DNA of 64,000 nucleotides from Anaeromyxobacteraceae bacterium (GTDB taxonomy: Bacteria; Myxococcota; Myxococcia; Myxococcales; Anaeromyxobacteraceae), in NCBI GenBank assembly GCA_047602405.1, contig JASGHJ010000002.1:2688001-2752000 (forward strand), in the 5' to 3' direction. Positions 49,159-59,651 of the stretch are shown one piece after another. Under the pieces are notes generated by a model, which was given only the letters and a program-made list of their open reading frames with translations, was not told the origin of the DNA and did no database searches. Both the position numbers and the translations under genes were made by a program. The number at the start of each line of letters is the position of its first letter. Position 1 is the stretch's first letter.

Positions 49159-50091
49159 ATGGCGCGCGACCTCGCGATCCGGCCGCTCGGCCTCGGGCAG
49201 GTGGTGGACCGGTCGGTCGCGCTCACCCGCCGGCATTTCCGGGCGCTCTTCCTCGCGATGCTGGTGGTTGAGGCGCCGGCGCTCGCGCTCGCGCGGCTCG
49301 AGGCCGCCCGCCTCGACGACGTGCTCGCGCTCGTCACCGCGCCCGCCCGCGCGGCCGAGGCGCTCCCCGCCCTCGGCGCGGCCCTCGCCGTGCTCCTCGT
49401 CGCGCTGCTCCTCCTGCAGCTCGTGGGCACGGCCGTCACCGCCGTGGTGGTCGGGCCGTCGCTCGACCCGCGACCCCGGCCGCGCGCGCCCGCGGTCCGG
49501 CTCGCCCTCGCGGTGCTCTCCGCCGCCGCCCTCCACGGCGCCGCGCTGGTCGCCCTGCCGGCCGCGGCCGCCCTCCCCGGCGCCTGGCTGCTCGCCCGGG
49601 CCGGCTCGACCGGCGGGCTCGTCGTGGGCGCGGCCGCGCTGGTGCTCCTCCCGCTCGTCGCGTTGGTCGTCGCGCTCGTGCGGCTCGTGCTCGCGCCCGC
49701 GGCCGCCGCGGTCGAGCTCCGCGGCCCCTCCGCGCTCCTGCGCTCGAGCCGGCTGATGGCGCCGCCGCGCGGCGGGCCGTTCCTGGAGCGCCCCGGCGTG
49801 CGCGCCTCCCTCGTGCTCCTCGCCACCTTCCTCCTCGTGCTCGCCGTGAACGCGATCGCGGGCCTGCCCCGCGCCATCGCGGTGCGCGCCGTGGGGACGC
49901 CCGGCCCGCTCGGGCTCCCGCTCGGGCCCCTCCCGCTGCCGCTCGAGCTCGGCCTCGGGCTCTTCGAGGCGCTCGCGGGCGCGGCGCTGCAGCCCTTCAG
50001 CCTCGTCGCCGTGGTGGTCCTCTACTTCGAGCGGCGGGCCCGCACCGAGGGGCTCGACCTCGAGCGCTGGGCGGCGGGGCTCGGGCGGTGA
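49159..50091 (+). CDS. Polytopic membrane protein of a MoxR/DUF58 cluster
   Basis: [11 protein letters not shown]...[13 protein letters not shown]; several TM segments. Confidence 0.7.
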   Translation: MARDLAIRPLGLGQVVDRSVALTRRHFRALFLAMLVVEAPALALARLEAARLDDVLALVTAPARAAEALPALGAALAVLLVALLLLQLVGTAVTAVVVGPSLDPRPRPRAPAVRLALAVLSAAALHGAALVALPAAAALPGAWLLARAGSTGGLVVGAAALVLLPLVALVVALVRLVLAPAAAAVELRGPSALLRSSRLMAPPRGGPFLERPGVRASLVLLATFLLVLAVNAIAGLPRAIAVRAVGTPGPLGLPLGPLPLPLELGLGLFEALAGAALQPFSLVAVVVLYFERRARTEGLDLERWAAGLGR

Positions 50092-50993
50092 CCGCGCTCG
50101 CCGCCGCCCTCGCGCTGTCCCTGGCCGCCGCGCCGGGGCCCGCGCCGGGCTGCCCGGCGGCGCTCGCGGCCGCCGGCGCGCTCGACGACCACGGCCTCGC
50201 GGAGGACGCGCCCGGGCTCGTCGCGCGGCTCCGGCAGGACGGCGGCGGCCGGCCCCTCGCCGCGGTCACCCGTGCCGCGGAGGAGCTCGTCGGGGCCCAC
50301 GCCGGCGGCGTCGCCCTGGAGGGCCCGGCGCGCCGCCTGCGCGCGGTGCTCGCCGGCCACTGCGCCGCGGCGGCCCTGCCCGCGCTGCCGGAGGCGAGCG
50401 CGCAGGAGCGGGCCGCGCTCGACGCGCTCCTCGCCCGCCCGGAGTTCCGCCGCGCCCGCGCCGACCCCGTCGCGCTCCGGCGCCTGCTCCTCGACGCCTG
50501 GGACTGGATCGTCGAGCGGCTCGGGAGCGCCGAGGCCGAGCGCTGGGCCGGGCTCGGCCGCGCGCTCTTCCTCGGCGCCGCCGCGACCGCGGCCGGGCTC
50601 GCGCTCCTCGGCTGGCGCCGCCGCCGGCGCGGCCGCGAGGTGCCCGCCCCGGCCCACCGGGCCGCCGTCGCGGTGGGCCCGGGGCCCGACCGCGCCCTCG
50701 CGCGCGCGGAGGCCGCCCTCGCGCAGGGAGAGCACGCCGCCGCGGTGCGGGAGGCGATGCTCGCCGCGCTCGCCGCGCTCGAGCGCGCCGGGCGGCTCCC
50801 GCGCGGCCGGGCGCTCACGAACGCCGAGGTGGTCCGGGCCGTCGCCGCGCGCGACCCCGCGCTCGCGGCGCCGCTCGGGCCGCTCGCGCGCCGGTTCGAC
50901 GGCGCGATCTACGGGGGGCGGGCGACCGGGGCGCCCGAGGCGCGCGACGCGGTGGAGCGGGCGCGCGCCATCGACGCGGCGGTGCGGCGGTGA
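50088..50993 (+). CDS. DUF4129-domain protein
   Basis: C-terminal AVRE..LA.L...TNAE...FDGAIYGG; GTGA overlaps. Confidence 0.7.
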   Translation: MTALAAALALSLAAAPGPAPGCPAALAAAGALDDHGLAEDAPGLVARLRQDGGGRPLAAVTRAAEELVGAHAGGVALEGPARRLRAVLAGHCAAAALPALPEASAQERAALDALLARPEFRRARADPVALRRLLLDAWDWIVERLGSAEAERWAGLGRALFLGAAATAAGLALLGWRRRRRGREVPAPAHRAAVAVGPGPDRALARAEAALAQGEHAAAVREAMLAALAALERAGRLPRGRALTNAEVVRAVAARDPALAAPLGPLARRFDGAIYGGRATGAPEARDAVERARAIDAAVRR

Positions 50994-52096
50994 GGCGCGG
51001 GCTCGCCGCGGCCGGGATCGTCGCGGCCCTCGCGCTCGTGCTCGCCGGCACCGTGGTGGGCCAGCGCCGGCAGGCCGCGGCCGCGCTCGATCCGCTGCCC
51101 TCGGCCGAGAACACGGGGCCCGCCGGGCTCGCGGCCGCGCGCGCGTTCCTCCTCGGCCGCGGGGTGGCGGCGCCCGTGGTGCGCCCCGGGGACGCGCCGC
51201 CTCCGCCCGGCGAGGGCGTCGTGGTGGTCGCCGCGCCCGCGGCGTCCCTCGACGTCCGGGAGGCCGACGCGCTCCTCGAGCACGCCGCGCGGGGCGGCAC
51301 GCTCGTTCTCGCGGCGGGGCGCGCGCCCCAGCCCGCGCTCGAGGCGCGCCTCGGCGTGCGGTTCGCGCCCGCCCCCGGCGCGCGCATGGCGGTCCCGCTC
51401 GCGCCCCACCCGCTCGTCGAGGGGCTGGTGCTGCCCGTCGGCGAGGGCCAGCTCCTCGTCACCGGCGGCGACGCCCTGCCGATCGCGGGCGTCCGCGACG
51501 CCGTCGCCGCGGCGGCGCTCCGTGTCGGGCGCGGCGAGGTCGTGCTGCTCGCGGGGCCGGAGCCCCTCACGAACGCGCGGCTCGCCCAGGGCGGCGCGCT
51601 CTCTCTCCTGATCCGCCTCGCCGCGCGCGGCCCGGTCGCGCTCGACGAGCGCTGGCTCGAGGCCCGCACCGGCGCTCGCGCGCCGCCCGCCGCGCTGGGC
51701 GCGCTCGCGGGCCAGGCGCTGCTCGCCTTCGGGGCCTACGCGCTCGCGCGCGGGCGCCGCCTCGGCGCGATCCGGCCGCCCCCCGCCGACGGGCGCGGGC
51801 GGACCGCGCGGGATTACCTCCGCGCCCTCGCCGGGCTCTACCGGCGCGCCGCCGCCGAGGGCGAGCTCGCCCGCGCCGCGTGGGCGCGCGCGCGCCGGGA
51901 GCTCGAGCGGAGGGCCGGGATCCCGGCCCGGCTGCCGGACGCCGACGCCGCGCTCCGGCTCGAGGCCCGCTCCCCCGCGGCGGCGGCCGCGTTCGAGCGG
52001 GGTCGCACCGCCCTGGCGAGGCAACCCGGACCGGACGCGCTCCTCGCGGTCGTGCGTGCGTGCGCCGATCTGGACGACGCCCTTCGCGGTAAGTGA
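50990..52096 (+). CDS. DUF4350-domain membrane protein
   Basis: PS.ENTGPAG, GGTLVL, GRGEVVLL...LTN, LDE, RRLG...ALAGLYRRA. Confidence 0.7.
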   Translation: MRRGLAAAGIVAALALVLAGTVVGQRRQAAAALDPLPSAENTGPAGLAAARAFLLGRGVAAPVVRPGDAPPPPGEGVVVVAAPAASLDVREADALLEHAARGGTLVLAAGRAPQPALEARLGVRFAPAPGARMAVPLAPHPLVEGLVLPVGEGQLLVTGGDALPIAGVRDAVAAAALRVGRGEVVLLAGPEPLTNARLAQGGALSLLIRLAARGPVALDERWLEARTGARAPPAALGALAGQALLAFGAYALARGRRLGAIRPPPADGRGRTARDYLRALAGLYRRAAAEGELARAAWARARRELERRAGIPARLPDADAALRLEARSPAAAAAFERGRTALARQPGPDALLAVVRACADLDDALRGK

Positions 52097-52184
52097 CAAA
52101 CCCACATCCACATCGCCTTTACCCTGGGAGCGGTGGGCGCTAGGTTGAGCGCTCATCCTCGCGCACCGGGAGAAGACGAAGACC

Positions 52185-52928
52185 ATGAACGGCCGTCGCC
52201 TGCCCAGCCTCGAGAAGCCCTGCCTCGAGAAGCCCTGCCTCGAGAAGCGCCGCCTCGAGAAGCTCCGCCTCGGCAAGCTCGCCCTCGCCGGTGCCCTCGT
52301 GGCCCTCGCCGGCTGCCCCTCCATCTCCACGATGGGGACGGCGCGCACGATCCCGGAGGGGACCTACCAGTACTACGTGGCCCCCGGCGTGAGCTCGCTC
52401 GGCGACTTCTCCGTCGGTGAAGGCGGAGCCCCCGCCTCCGACCGGCTGCCCGGCCTCGAGATGGGCGCGCGGTACGGCGTCTCGGACAGGGTCGAGGTCG
52501 GCGGCAAGATCTTCCCGGTCGGTTACGAGGTGAGCTCGAAGCTCCAGGTGCTCCGGTCGCGCTCCGCCGACCGGGGCCTCGACCTCGCCGTGGCGCCCGC
52601 CCTCTCGATCTATCCCTGGTCGAAGGGCGCCTTCGGCTGGGCGCACCTCTCGGTGCCGGTCGGCTTCAACGCGGGCGGCGGCAACCAGCTCGTGCTCTCG
52701 CCGCGCGCCTCCGGCCTCCTCGTGAGGTCGAAGGACGGCACCGGCAAGGTGTTCTTCGCCGGCGCGTCGATGGGGTTCGCGTTCCGCGTGGCCGGCGTGC
52801 GGCTCCTGCCGGAGATCTCGGCGCTCGTGCCGCTGTCGCGCTCGCTCCCGACCGACGTCGAGGCGAAGTTCGCGCTCAAGGGGCCGGTGTTCCAGGCCGG
52901 GCTGGGGTTCCTGTTCGGGGACGAGTGA
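52185..52928 (+). CDS. Hypothetical lipoprotein, possible outer-membrane beta-barrel
   Basis: Lipobox LAGC; amphipathic beta pattern; ends GLGFLFGDE. Confidence 0.6.
   Translation: MNGRRLPSLEKPCLEKPCLEKRRLEKLRLGKLALAGALVALAGCPSISTMGTARTIPEGTYQYYVAPGVSSLGDFSVGEGGAPASDRLPGLEMGARYGVSDRVEVGGKIFPVGYEVSSKLQVLRSRSADRGLDLAVAPALSIYPWSKGAFGWAHLSVPVGFNAGGGNQLVLSPRASGLLVRSKDGTGKVFFAGASMGFAFRVAGVRLLPEISALVPLSRSLPTDVEAKFALKGPVFQAGLGFLFGDE
52208..52282 (+). repeat. 15-bp tandem repeat (5 units) inside the signal peptide region
   Basis: CCTCGAGAAGCCCTG x2, then three degenerating units. Confidence 0.8.
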
Positions 52929-52955
52929 CCCTGCGGGCGTGGTAGACCCGTGCCT

Positions 52956-53900
52956 ATGGCCACCCCGGGCGCGGACACCCTCACGGACGAGATCGCGAAG
53001 GCCGTCGTCGGGCAGCGGGAGCCCGTGGAGCAGCTCCTCTGGGCGCTCGTCGCCGGCGGCCACGTGCTGCTCGAGGGCGTGCCCGGCGTCGCGAAGACGC
53101 TGCTCGCGAAGGCGCTCGCGCGGGCCCTCGACCTGAAGTTCGGCCGGATCCAGTTCACGCCGGACCTCATGCCCGCCGACATCCTCGGCACGAGCGTCTA
53201 CCGCGCCCAGACCGGCGAGTTCGAGCTGAGGCGCGGCCCCATCTTCACCGAGGTGCTGCTCGCCGACGAGGTGAACCGCACGCCGCCGAAGACGCAGGCC
53301 GCGCTCCTCGAGGCGATGGAGGAGCGGCAGGTCACGCTCGACGGCGGGCGCGAGGCCCTGCCGGCGGGGTTCTTCGTCATCGCGACGCAGAACCCGGTGG
53401 AGTACGAGGGCACCTACCCGCTCCCGGAGGCGCAGACCGACCGCTTCCTCATGAAGGTGCGCGTCGACTACCCCGCCGCCGATGACGAGCGGGAGATCCT
53501 CCGCCGCGCCGCCGCGGGCTTCGACGGCCACGACCTCGACGCCGCCGGCGTCCGCCCGGTGCTCGACCGCGCCGGCCTCGGGGCGCTGCGCGCGCGAGCC
53601 CGCGCCGTGCCGGTCGCGCCGCCCGTGCTCGAGTACGTCGCCCGGCTCGTGCGCGCGAGCCGCGAGCTGCCCCGCGTGCGCCTGGGGGCGAGCCCGCGCG
53701 CCGGCGTGGCGCTGCTCGCCGCCGCGCGCGCCCGGGCCGCGCTCGCGGGCGCGGAGTGGCTCTCGCCCGACGACGTGAAGACCGCGGCCCTCCCGGTGCT
53801 CCGGCACCGGCTCGTGCTCCGGCCCGAGGCCGAGCTCGAGGGCGCGACGCCGGACGACGCCGTGCGCGACCTCACCGAGGCCGTCGAGGTCCCGCGGTAG
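52956..53900 (+). CDS. moxR: MoxR-family AAA+ ATPase
   Basis: [66 protein letters not shown]. Confidence 0.92.
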   Translation: MATPGADTLTDEIAKAVVGQREPVEQLLWALVAGGHVLLEGVPGVAKTLLAKALARALDLKFGRIQFTPDLMPADILGTSVYRAQTGEFELRRGPIFTEVLLADEVNRTPPKTQAALLEAMEERQVTLDGGREALPAGFFVIATQNPVEYEGTYPLPEAQTDRFLMKVRVDYPAADDEREILRRAAAGFDGHDLDAAGVRPVLDRAGLGALRARARAVPVAPPVLEYVARLVRASRELPRVRLGASPRAGVALLAAARARAALAGAEWLSPDDVKTAALPVLRHRLVLRPEAELEGATPDDAVRDLTEAVEVPR

Positions 53901-53913
53901 CCGGGCGCCCGGC

Positions 53914-55219
53914 ATGCCGGTCCCCACGCCACGCACCGCGCTCCTCCTCGCGCTCGGGGGCGCCCTCGCCGTCGCGGCGGCCGGCGCGCCGTGGCTCGCG
54001 TGGGCGCTCGCCGCGCTCGACGCGGCCGTGCTCGCCCTCGCGCTCGCCGACGCCTGGCGGGCGCCGCGCGCGGAGGCGTTCCGCGCGGCGCGGCGGGTGC
54101 GCGAGCCGCTCTCGGCGTTCGCCCCGAACCGGGTCGAGCTCGCGATCGAGCACCTCGGCCCCCGCGCCGTCCGGCTCGAGCTCGCCGACGCGCCCCCGGC
54201 CAGCTTCGACGCCACCGGCCACCGCGCCCGGCTCGTGCTCCCGGCCGGCGCGACGGCGACCCTCGCCTACGACGCCGTCCCGCGCGCCCGCGGCGCCGCG
54301 CGCTTCGGGGACCTGCACCTCCGCGCGCTTGGGCCGCTCGGCCTCGCGGCCCGCCCCGTCCTGCTCCCGCTCGCGCGCGACGTGCGCGTCTACCCGGACC
54401 TGCGCGCGCTCGCGGCGCTCCCCGGCGCCGAGGCCGCGGAGCCCGGGCGCCACCGCGTGCGCGGCCACCGCGAGGGGCGCGAGTTCGAGTCGCTCCGGCC
54501 GTACCTCTCCGGCGACGACCTCCGCTCGGTCGACTGGAAGGCGACCGCCCGCCGGGGCGCGCCGGTCGTGAGGGCCTGGCAGCCGGAGCGGAACCAGACC
54601 GTGTGGCTGCTCGTCGACGAGGGGCGGCTCCTCTCCGCGCGGCTCGCCGACGGCCGGACCAAGCTCGACCACGCCGTGGACGCCGCCCTCGCGCTCGCGC
54701 GCGCGGCCTCGCGCCGGGGCGACCGGGCCGGGGCGGTGCCTCTTCGGGGCGGAGGTCGAGCGGGTCGTGCCGCCGGGCTCCGGCCGCGGGCAGCTCGGGC
54801 CGCTCGCCGAGGCGCTGCACGCCGCCGAGGCGCGGATCGAGGAGTCGGACTACGGCGCCGCGTTCGACGCGCTCGCCGCGCGCCAGCGCCGCCGCGCGCT
54901 CGTCGTGCTGTTCACCGACCTCGCCGATCCCGACACGAGCGCCGCGCTGCTCGCCCGGGCGGCGCTGCTCCGCCGCACGCACCTCGTCCTCGTCGCGGCC
55001 GTCTCCGACTCCGAGGTCGCCGACGCGGCCCGGACCCGGCCCGCGTCCGCCGACGAGGCGTACGCCCGGCTCGCCGCGGAGCGGATCCTGGACGAGCGGG
55101 AGGCGGCGCGGTCCCGCCTCGCCGCCGCCGGGGTCCGGGTGGTGTCGGTGCCGGCCCGGGAGCTCGCCGCCGCCGCCGTGGGCGGGTACCTCGAGGCGAA
55201 GGCCACCGGCGCCCTGTGA
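53914..55219 (+). CDS. DUF58/VWA-like protein (frameshift near 54740)
   Basis: GREFESLRPY..GDDLRSVDWKATAR; C-terminal RRALVVLFTD in the next frame. Confidence 0.8.
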
Positions 55220-55342
55220 CGCGCCGGGACGTACCTCGGGCGCGCGACCGTTGACCGCAGCCGGCTGGGGTCACGAACGCAGGACGGCTTGCTCCCTCCC
55301 ATCTGCCGTGTTAACCGACCCGCTCTCCCGGAGGGCTTTCCC

Positions 55343-57547
55343 TTGAAGAGACTCGTCTCTCTCGCCGTCCTCGCCGCCGCGTCCGTCACACGCGCCGAGG
55401 AGGGCATGTGGATGCCGCAGCAGATCCCCGACCTCGCCGGCCGCCTGCAGACGCTCGGGTTCAAGGGCGACGCGAAGGCCTTCGCCGACCTGACCGGCCA
55501 GCCGATGGGCGCCATCGTGTCGCTCGGCGGCTGCTCGGCGTCCTTCGTGTCGCCGGACGGCCTCATCGCCACGAACCACCACTGCATCCAGGGCGCGCTC
55601 CAGTACAACTCGACGCCCGAGCGCGACCTCGTGGAGGACGGCTACGTCGCCCGCAGCCGCGACGAGGAGCTCTCCAACGGGCCCGGCTCGCGCGTCTACG
55701 TGACCGTCTCCGTGAAGGAGGTCACCGACGAGGTCGTGGGCAAGCTCGACCCGCGCATGGACGACGTCGCGCGCGCGAAGCTCGTCGAGAAGCGGGTCAA
55801 GGACGAGACCGGCAAGTGCGAGAAGATGGGGCTGCGCTGCACGGTGGCCTCCTTCTTCGAGGGCGCCCGGTACTTCGCCATCGGCCAGCAGGAGATCGAG
55901 GACGTCCGGCTCGTCTACGCGCCGCAGAACAACGTCGGCAACTTCGGCGGCGAGGTCGACAACTGGATGTGGCCGCGCCACTCCGGCGACTTCTCGCTCT
56001 ACCGCGCCTACGTCGGCAAGGACGGGAAGTCGAGGCCGTTCTCGAAGGAGAACGTCCCCTACCGCCCGGCGCATCATCTCCCGGTGAACACCGGGGGCAT
56101 CTCCCCCGGCGAGCTCGCGCTCGTGGCCGGCTACCCGGGCCGCACCTACCGCCTCCAGACCGTGGCCGAGGTGAAGGACATGGTGGAGTGGGCCTACCCG
56201 CGCACCGTGAGGCGCTACGGCGACATGCTCGCGATCCTCGCCGACCTCTCGGCGAAGAGCCGCGCCACCGGCATCAAGGTGACGACCCGCGTCCGGGGCC
56301 TCGCGAACACCATGAAGAAGATGAAGGGCGTCCTCGAGGGCGCCGGGCGCCTCGGCATCCTCGGGGAGCTCGCCGGCGAGGAGAAGGCGCTCCAGGCGTG
56401 GATCGACGCCGACGGCCGGCGGAAGAAGGAGTGGGGCGACGTCATCGCGAAGATCGACGCCATCCAGGCGAAGCGCGCCGAGACCCGGGAGCGCGACGCG
56501 CTCCTCGTGGAGCTCCTGCCGCCGGGCGGCCGCTCCGCCTCGTTCATGAGCACCGCGCGCACGCTCTGGAAGATGGCCGACGAGCGCCCGAAGCCGGACG
56601 CCGAGCGCCAGCCGGAGTTCATGCAGCGCAACTGGGCGCGGCTGAAGGAGGGGCTCGAGCGGCTCGACCGCTCCCTCGACGTCGGCGCCGACCGCGCGCT
56701 CCTGCGCTACACGCTCGCCGACGTCGCCGCGCTGCCGGCCACGAGCCGGATCCCGGCCGTGGACGCGGCCATCGGCCTCGCGCCCGGCATGGCCAGGGAC
56801 GAGGCGGCGAAGAAGATCGACGCCTTCCTCGACGGCCTCTACGCCTCGACGAAGCTCGGCGACAAGGCCACCCGCCTCGAGCTCTTCGAGAAGGCGAGCC
56901 GGAAGGACCTGCAGGGCTCGACCGACGGCTTCGTGAAGCTCGCCATCGCGCTCGCGCCGATGGAGAAGGAGCTCGAGACCCAGAAGTACGCCCGCGAGGG
57001 CGCGCGCTCCCGCTGTGCGCCGCTCTACGCGAAGGCGCGGCTCGCGAAGGCGGGCGGGCTGCTCTCGCCCGACGCGAACTCCACGCTGCGCGTCACCTAC
57101 GGCCTCGTCGAGGGCGTCGTGCCGCGTGACGGCATGGTCTACGTGCCCCAGACCCGGCTCGCCGGCGTGATGGAGAAGCACAAGGCCGGCGACGCCGAGT
57201 TCGACGTCCCCGCGCCGGTGCGCGAGGCCATCAAGGCCCAGGAGGCCGCCGGCAAGGGCCCGTGGGTCGACCCGAAGCTCGGCGACGTCCCCGTGAACGC
57301 GCTCGCGTCGGTGGACATCACCGGCGGCAACTCCGGCTCCGCCGTGATGAACGGCAAGGGCGAGTTCGTCGGGCTCATGTTCGACGGGACGTGGGAGTCG
57401 ATCACGAGCGACCTCAAGTTCGACCCCGCCTCGACCCGGTCGATCTTCGTCGACGTCCGGTACCTCCTCTGGTCCCTGCAGAACGTCGCGAAGGCGACGA
57501 ACCTGCTCGAGGAGCTCGGCGTGAAGGCGGGGGCGGCGGGGAACTAG
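55343..57547 (+). CDS. S46-family dipeptidyl peptidase
   Basis: EEGMW, GCSASFVS..GL..TNHHC, DNWMWPRH.GDF, DANSTLR, DITGGNSGS, FDG. Confidence 0.93.
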   Translation: MKRLVSLAVLAAASVTRAEEGMWMPQQIPDLAGRLQTLGFKGDAKAFADLTGQPMGAIVSLGGCSASFVSPDGLIATNHHCIQGALQYNSTPERDLVEDGYVARSRDEELSNGPGSRVYVTVSVKEVTDEVVGKLDPRMDDVARAKLVEKRVKDETGKCEKMGLRCTVASFFEGARYFAIGQQEIEDVRLVYAPQNNVGNFGGEVDNWMWPRHSGDFSLYRAYVGKDGKSRPFSKENVPYRPAHHLPVNTGGISPGELALVAGYPGRTYRLQTVAEVKDMVEWAYPRTVRRYGDMLAILADLSAKSRATGIKVTTRVRGLANTMKKMKGVLEGAGRLGILGELAGEEKALQAWIDADGRRKKEWGDVIAKIDAIQAKRAETRERDALLVELLPPGGRSASFMSTARTLWKMADERPKPDAERQPEFMQRNWARLKEGLERLDRSLDVGADRALLRYTLADVAALPATSRIPAVDAAIGLAPGMARDEAAKKIDAFLDGLYASTKLGDKATRLELFEKASRKDLQGSTDGFVKLAIALAPMEKELETQKYAREGARSRCAPLYAKARLAKAGGLLSPDANSTLRVTYGLVEGVVPRDGMVYVPQTRLAGVMEKHKAGDAEFDVPAPVREAIKAQEAAGKGPWVDPKLGDVPVNALASVDITGGNSGSAVMNGKGEFVGLMFDGTWESITSDLKFDPASTRSIFVDVRYLLWSLQNVAKATNLLEELGVKAGAAGN

Positions 57548-57573
57548 CCGGCCGTCGGTCGCCGATGGTTTCG

Positions 57574-57608
57574 AGGGGCGCCGTCCGAGAGGGCGGCGCC
57601 CTTCTTCA
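57574..57608 (+). terminator. Intrinsic terminator after the S46 peptidase gene
   Basis: GGGCGCCGTCC-GAGA-GGGCGGCGCCC stem followed by TTCTTC. Confidence 0.7.
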
Positions 57609-57628
57609 TGGGCGCCGGGGCCGCCGTA

Positions 57629-57959
57629 TTGACGGTCGGTGAATATCGAGGCGCAACGGGCGGTTGCGCGGGATAATTCGGCAGTTCAGCCGGCTGAACT
57701 GCGGCTCGAGGATGGGCTTCGGTCGGGACGTCGGAACACCGCGCCGGCCACGGGCGGCGGGCACGGCCCGCTGCGCAGCGTGTTCACGCCCGGGGCAGAG
57801 GGAGAGTGGGTCGAGCTTACGCCCGGTTCGCCGGGTCGATGCATGGACGGACGGCCGTTGACTCACCGTGACTATCCAGTCGTGACGGGCGGTTACGCGG
57901 AACAATTCGCTGGTTCAAGCGCTTGAACCAAGCCCGGAGGAGGGGCTTCGGTCGGGACG
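57629..57959 (+). ncRNA. Tandem pair of ~102-nt structured non-coding repeats (57629-57730 and 57858-57959), unknown family
   Basis: Ungapped alignment, 76/102 identical by hand count; compensatory stem changes; conserved GGC-TTCG-GTC. Confidence 0.5.
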
Positions 57960-58196
57960 GTTTTCCCTACTGGCAGGGATACCGCATATCGGCGGCCAAC
58001 CTGCCGTGACCACTTGGTTTGACAGTTGGAGCGGAGCGCCCGCCACACGAGCGTGATGCCGATGGCGGCAATGCCCAGGCCTGCAGGCCCGAGCAGCGAG
58101 CCCTGGGCGGACCCCCACCAGAGGAGTCCGCCCAAGATGATCAGGCCGGGCGCGTGGCCCGCAGGGCGGAAGGGCGGGCGGCCCGCGGCCGCCAAG

Positions 58197-58457
58197 CTAC
58201 CCTTCCCTCCCCCCGCACTGACAGGCCTCGTCCCTCCCGGCCAGCACCTCCAGGATCCTGGCGCGGCCGCAGGCGGTGCAGACGGTCGCGAGGTGGACCA
58301 CCATCGCCCCCGCGACGAGCAGGCCGCAGGCGATCCACTCGAGCGCCCAGAGCGACGCGAGCGTCGAGACGAGCCCCAGCGCGCCGGCGGCGAGGAGCGC
58401 GCGGGTGCCCCAGCGGAGCTGGAGGGCGCGGGTGGCAGGGACGAGGCGGGCGTTCAC
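58197..58457 (-). CDS. Small two-TM hypothetical protein with CTAC/CQC
   Basis: GGAGG RBS before GTG; directly downstream of the natB-like gene. Confidence 0.5.
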   Translation of the reverse strand: MNARLVPATRALQLRWGTRALLAAGALGLVSTLASLWALEWIACGLLVAGAMVVHLATVCTACGRARILEVLAGRDEACQCGGREG

Positions 58458-58469
58458 GTGGGTCCTCCT

Positions 58470-59651
58470 CTACGCCTTGTCGAAGAGCAGCTTCCCGCCC
58501 TCGAAGAGGCGGGAGGCGACGCGCACCAGGACGATGGCGAGCACGAGGCTCGCGGCCATGGCCATCGCGGCGTCCTGGAAGGCGACCTGCTCGCCGCGGA
58601 GCAGCCGCACCATCACGAGCTGCTCGCCGAGCGCCGGGGTGAGCTTCATCCAGAGCTTCTCCTTCACCGGCGTCATGGCGAGCACGAAGCCGGGGATGGC
58701 CGGGACGAGCATGAGGAAGCTCATCGTGCTCTGCGCCGCCCGGAACGAGCGCGCCCGGGCCGCCACGACGACCATGAGGGCGTTCGCCGCGAGGAGCAGC
58801 GGGATGCAGAGCAGGAAGAGCTGCAGCACCACCGCGGGGTCGAGCTTGAACGAGAGCCCGAGCGTCTCGATGGGCGCGATGACCGGCAGCAGCGCGAAGC
58901 CGACGGAGGTCTCGGCGAGGGCGATGAGCGAGAAGGTCGAGGAGGTCGCGATCTTCCCGAGCACGAGCGCCTGGCGCGGCACCGGGTTCGCGAGGAGCGG
59001 CTCGAGCGAGAGCCGCTCCCGCTCGCCGGCGGTCATGTCGATCGCCGTCGACATGCCCCCGATGAAGATCGCGAGCACGAGGAAGTACGGCATCACGCTG
59101 AAGAGCATGGCCGCCCGGCTCTCGGCGGTGGAGACGTCCACCTTCTCGATGGCGAGCGGCTCCACCACGGCGGGGTGCACGCCGCGCATGATGAGGCGCT
59201 GGGCGCCGGTGAGCCGGCCCCACAGCTCGAGCCGGTCCTCGAGCCGGTCGGCGGTGACCTTGGCCGCCCGGCGCGACTCGTCGACGTAGAGCCGGACCGG
59301 CGCGGGCTTCCCCTCGCGGAGGTTCTCGGCGAACGTCTCCGGGATCGCGAGCACCACGTCCACGTCGCCGGCGCGGACCGCCTTCTCCGGCTCGGCGGGC
59401 GGGGCGACGGGGTCGAGCCCGCCCTCGCGCAGGAACGCGACGAGCTGCGGCGCGCGCTCGGGGTTCACGACCGGGAGCTTCACCGCGTCCTCGATCGCCG
59501 ACTTCACGTCCTTCGTGACGAGCGAGAAGGACCCGGCCATCACGAGCGGGCCCATGAGCGGGAAGATGAGCGCCATCGACAGCGTGCGGCGGTCGCGGAG
59601 CCCGTCCCGGAGCTCCTTCCAGAAGACCGTGCGTGCGAGCTTCCAGGTCAT
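58470..59651 (-). CDS. natB: ABC-2 type permease (NatB-like)
   Basis: KELRDGLRDRRT, AIDMTAGERERLSLEPLL..PV....VLGK. Confidence 0.8.
   Translation of the reverse strand: MTWKLARTVFWKELRDGLRDRRTLSMALIFPLMGPLVMAGSFSLVTKDVKSAIEDAVKLPVVNPERAPQLVAFLREGGLDPVAPPAEPEKAVRAGDVDVVLAIPETFAENLREGKPAPVRLYVDESRRAAKVTADRLEDRLELWGRLTGAQRLIMRGVHPAVVEPLAIEKVDVSTAESRAAMLFSVMPYFLVLAIFIGGMSTAIDMTAGERERLSLEPLLANPVPRQALVLGKIATSSTFSLIALAETSVGFALLPVIAPIETLGLSFKLDPAVVLQLFLLCIPLLLAANALMVVVAARARSFRAAQSTMSFLMLVPAIPGFVLAMTPVKEKLWMKLTPALGEQLVMVRLLRGEQVAFQDAAMAMAASLVLAIVLVRVASRLFEGGKLLFDKA

Noticed and set aside
57629..57959. Integron attC sites, or trans-encoded copies of the tnpB omegaRNA
   Set aside because: AAC/GTT boxes are too close together and no integrase or cassettes are present. 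No visible similarity to the tnpB 3' region.
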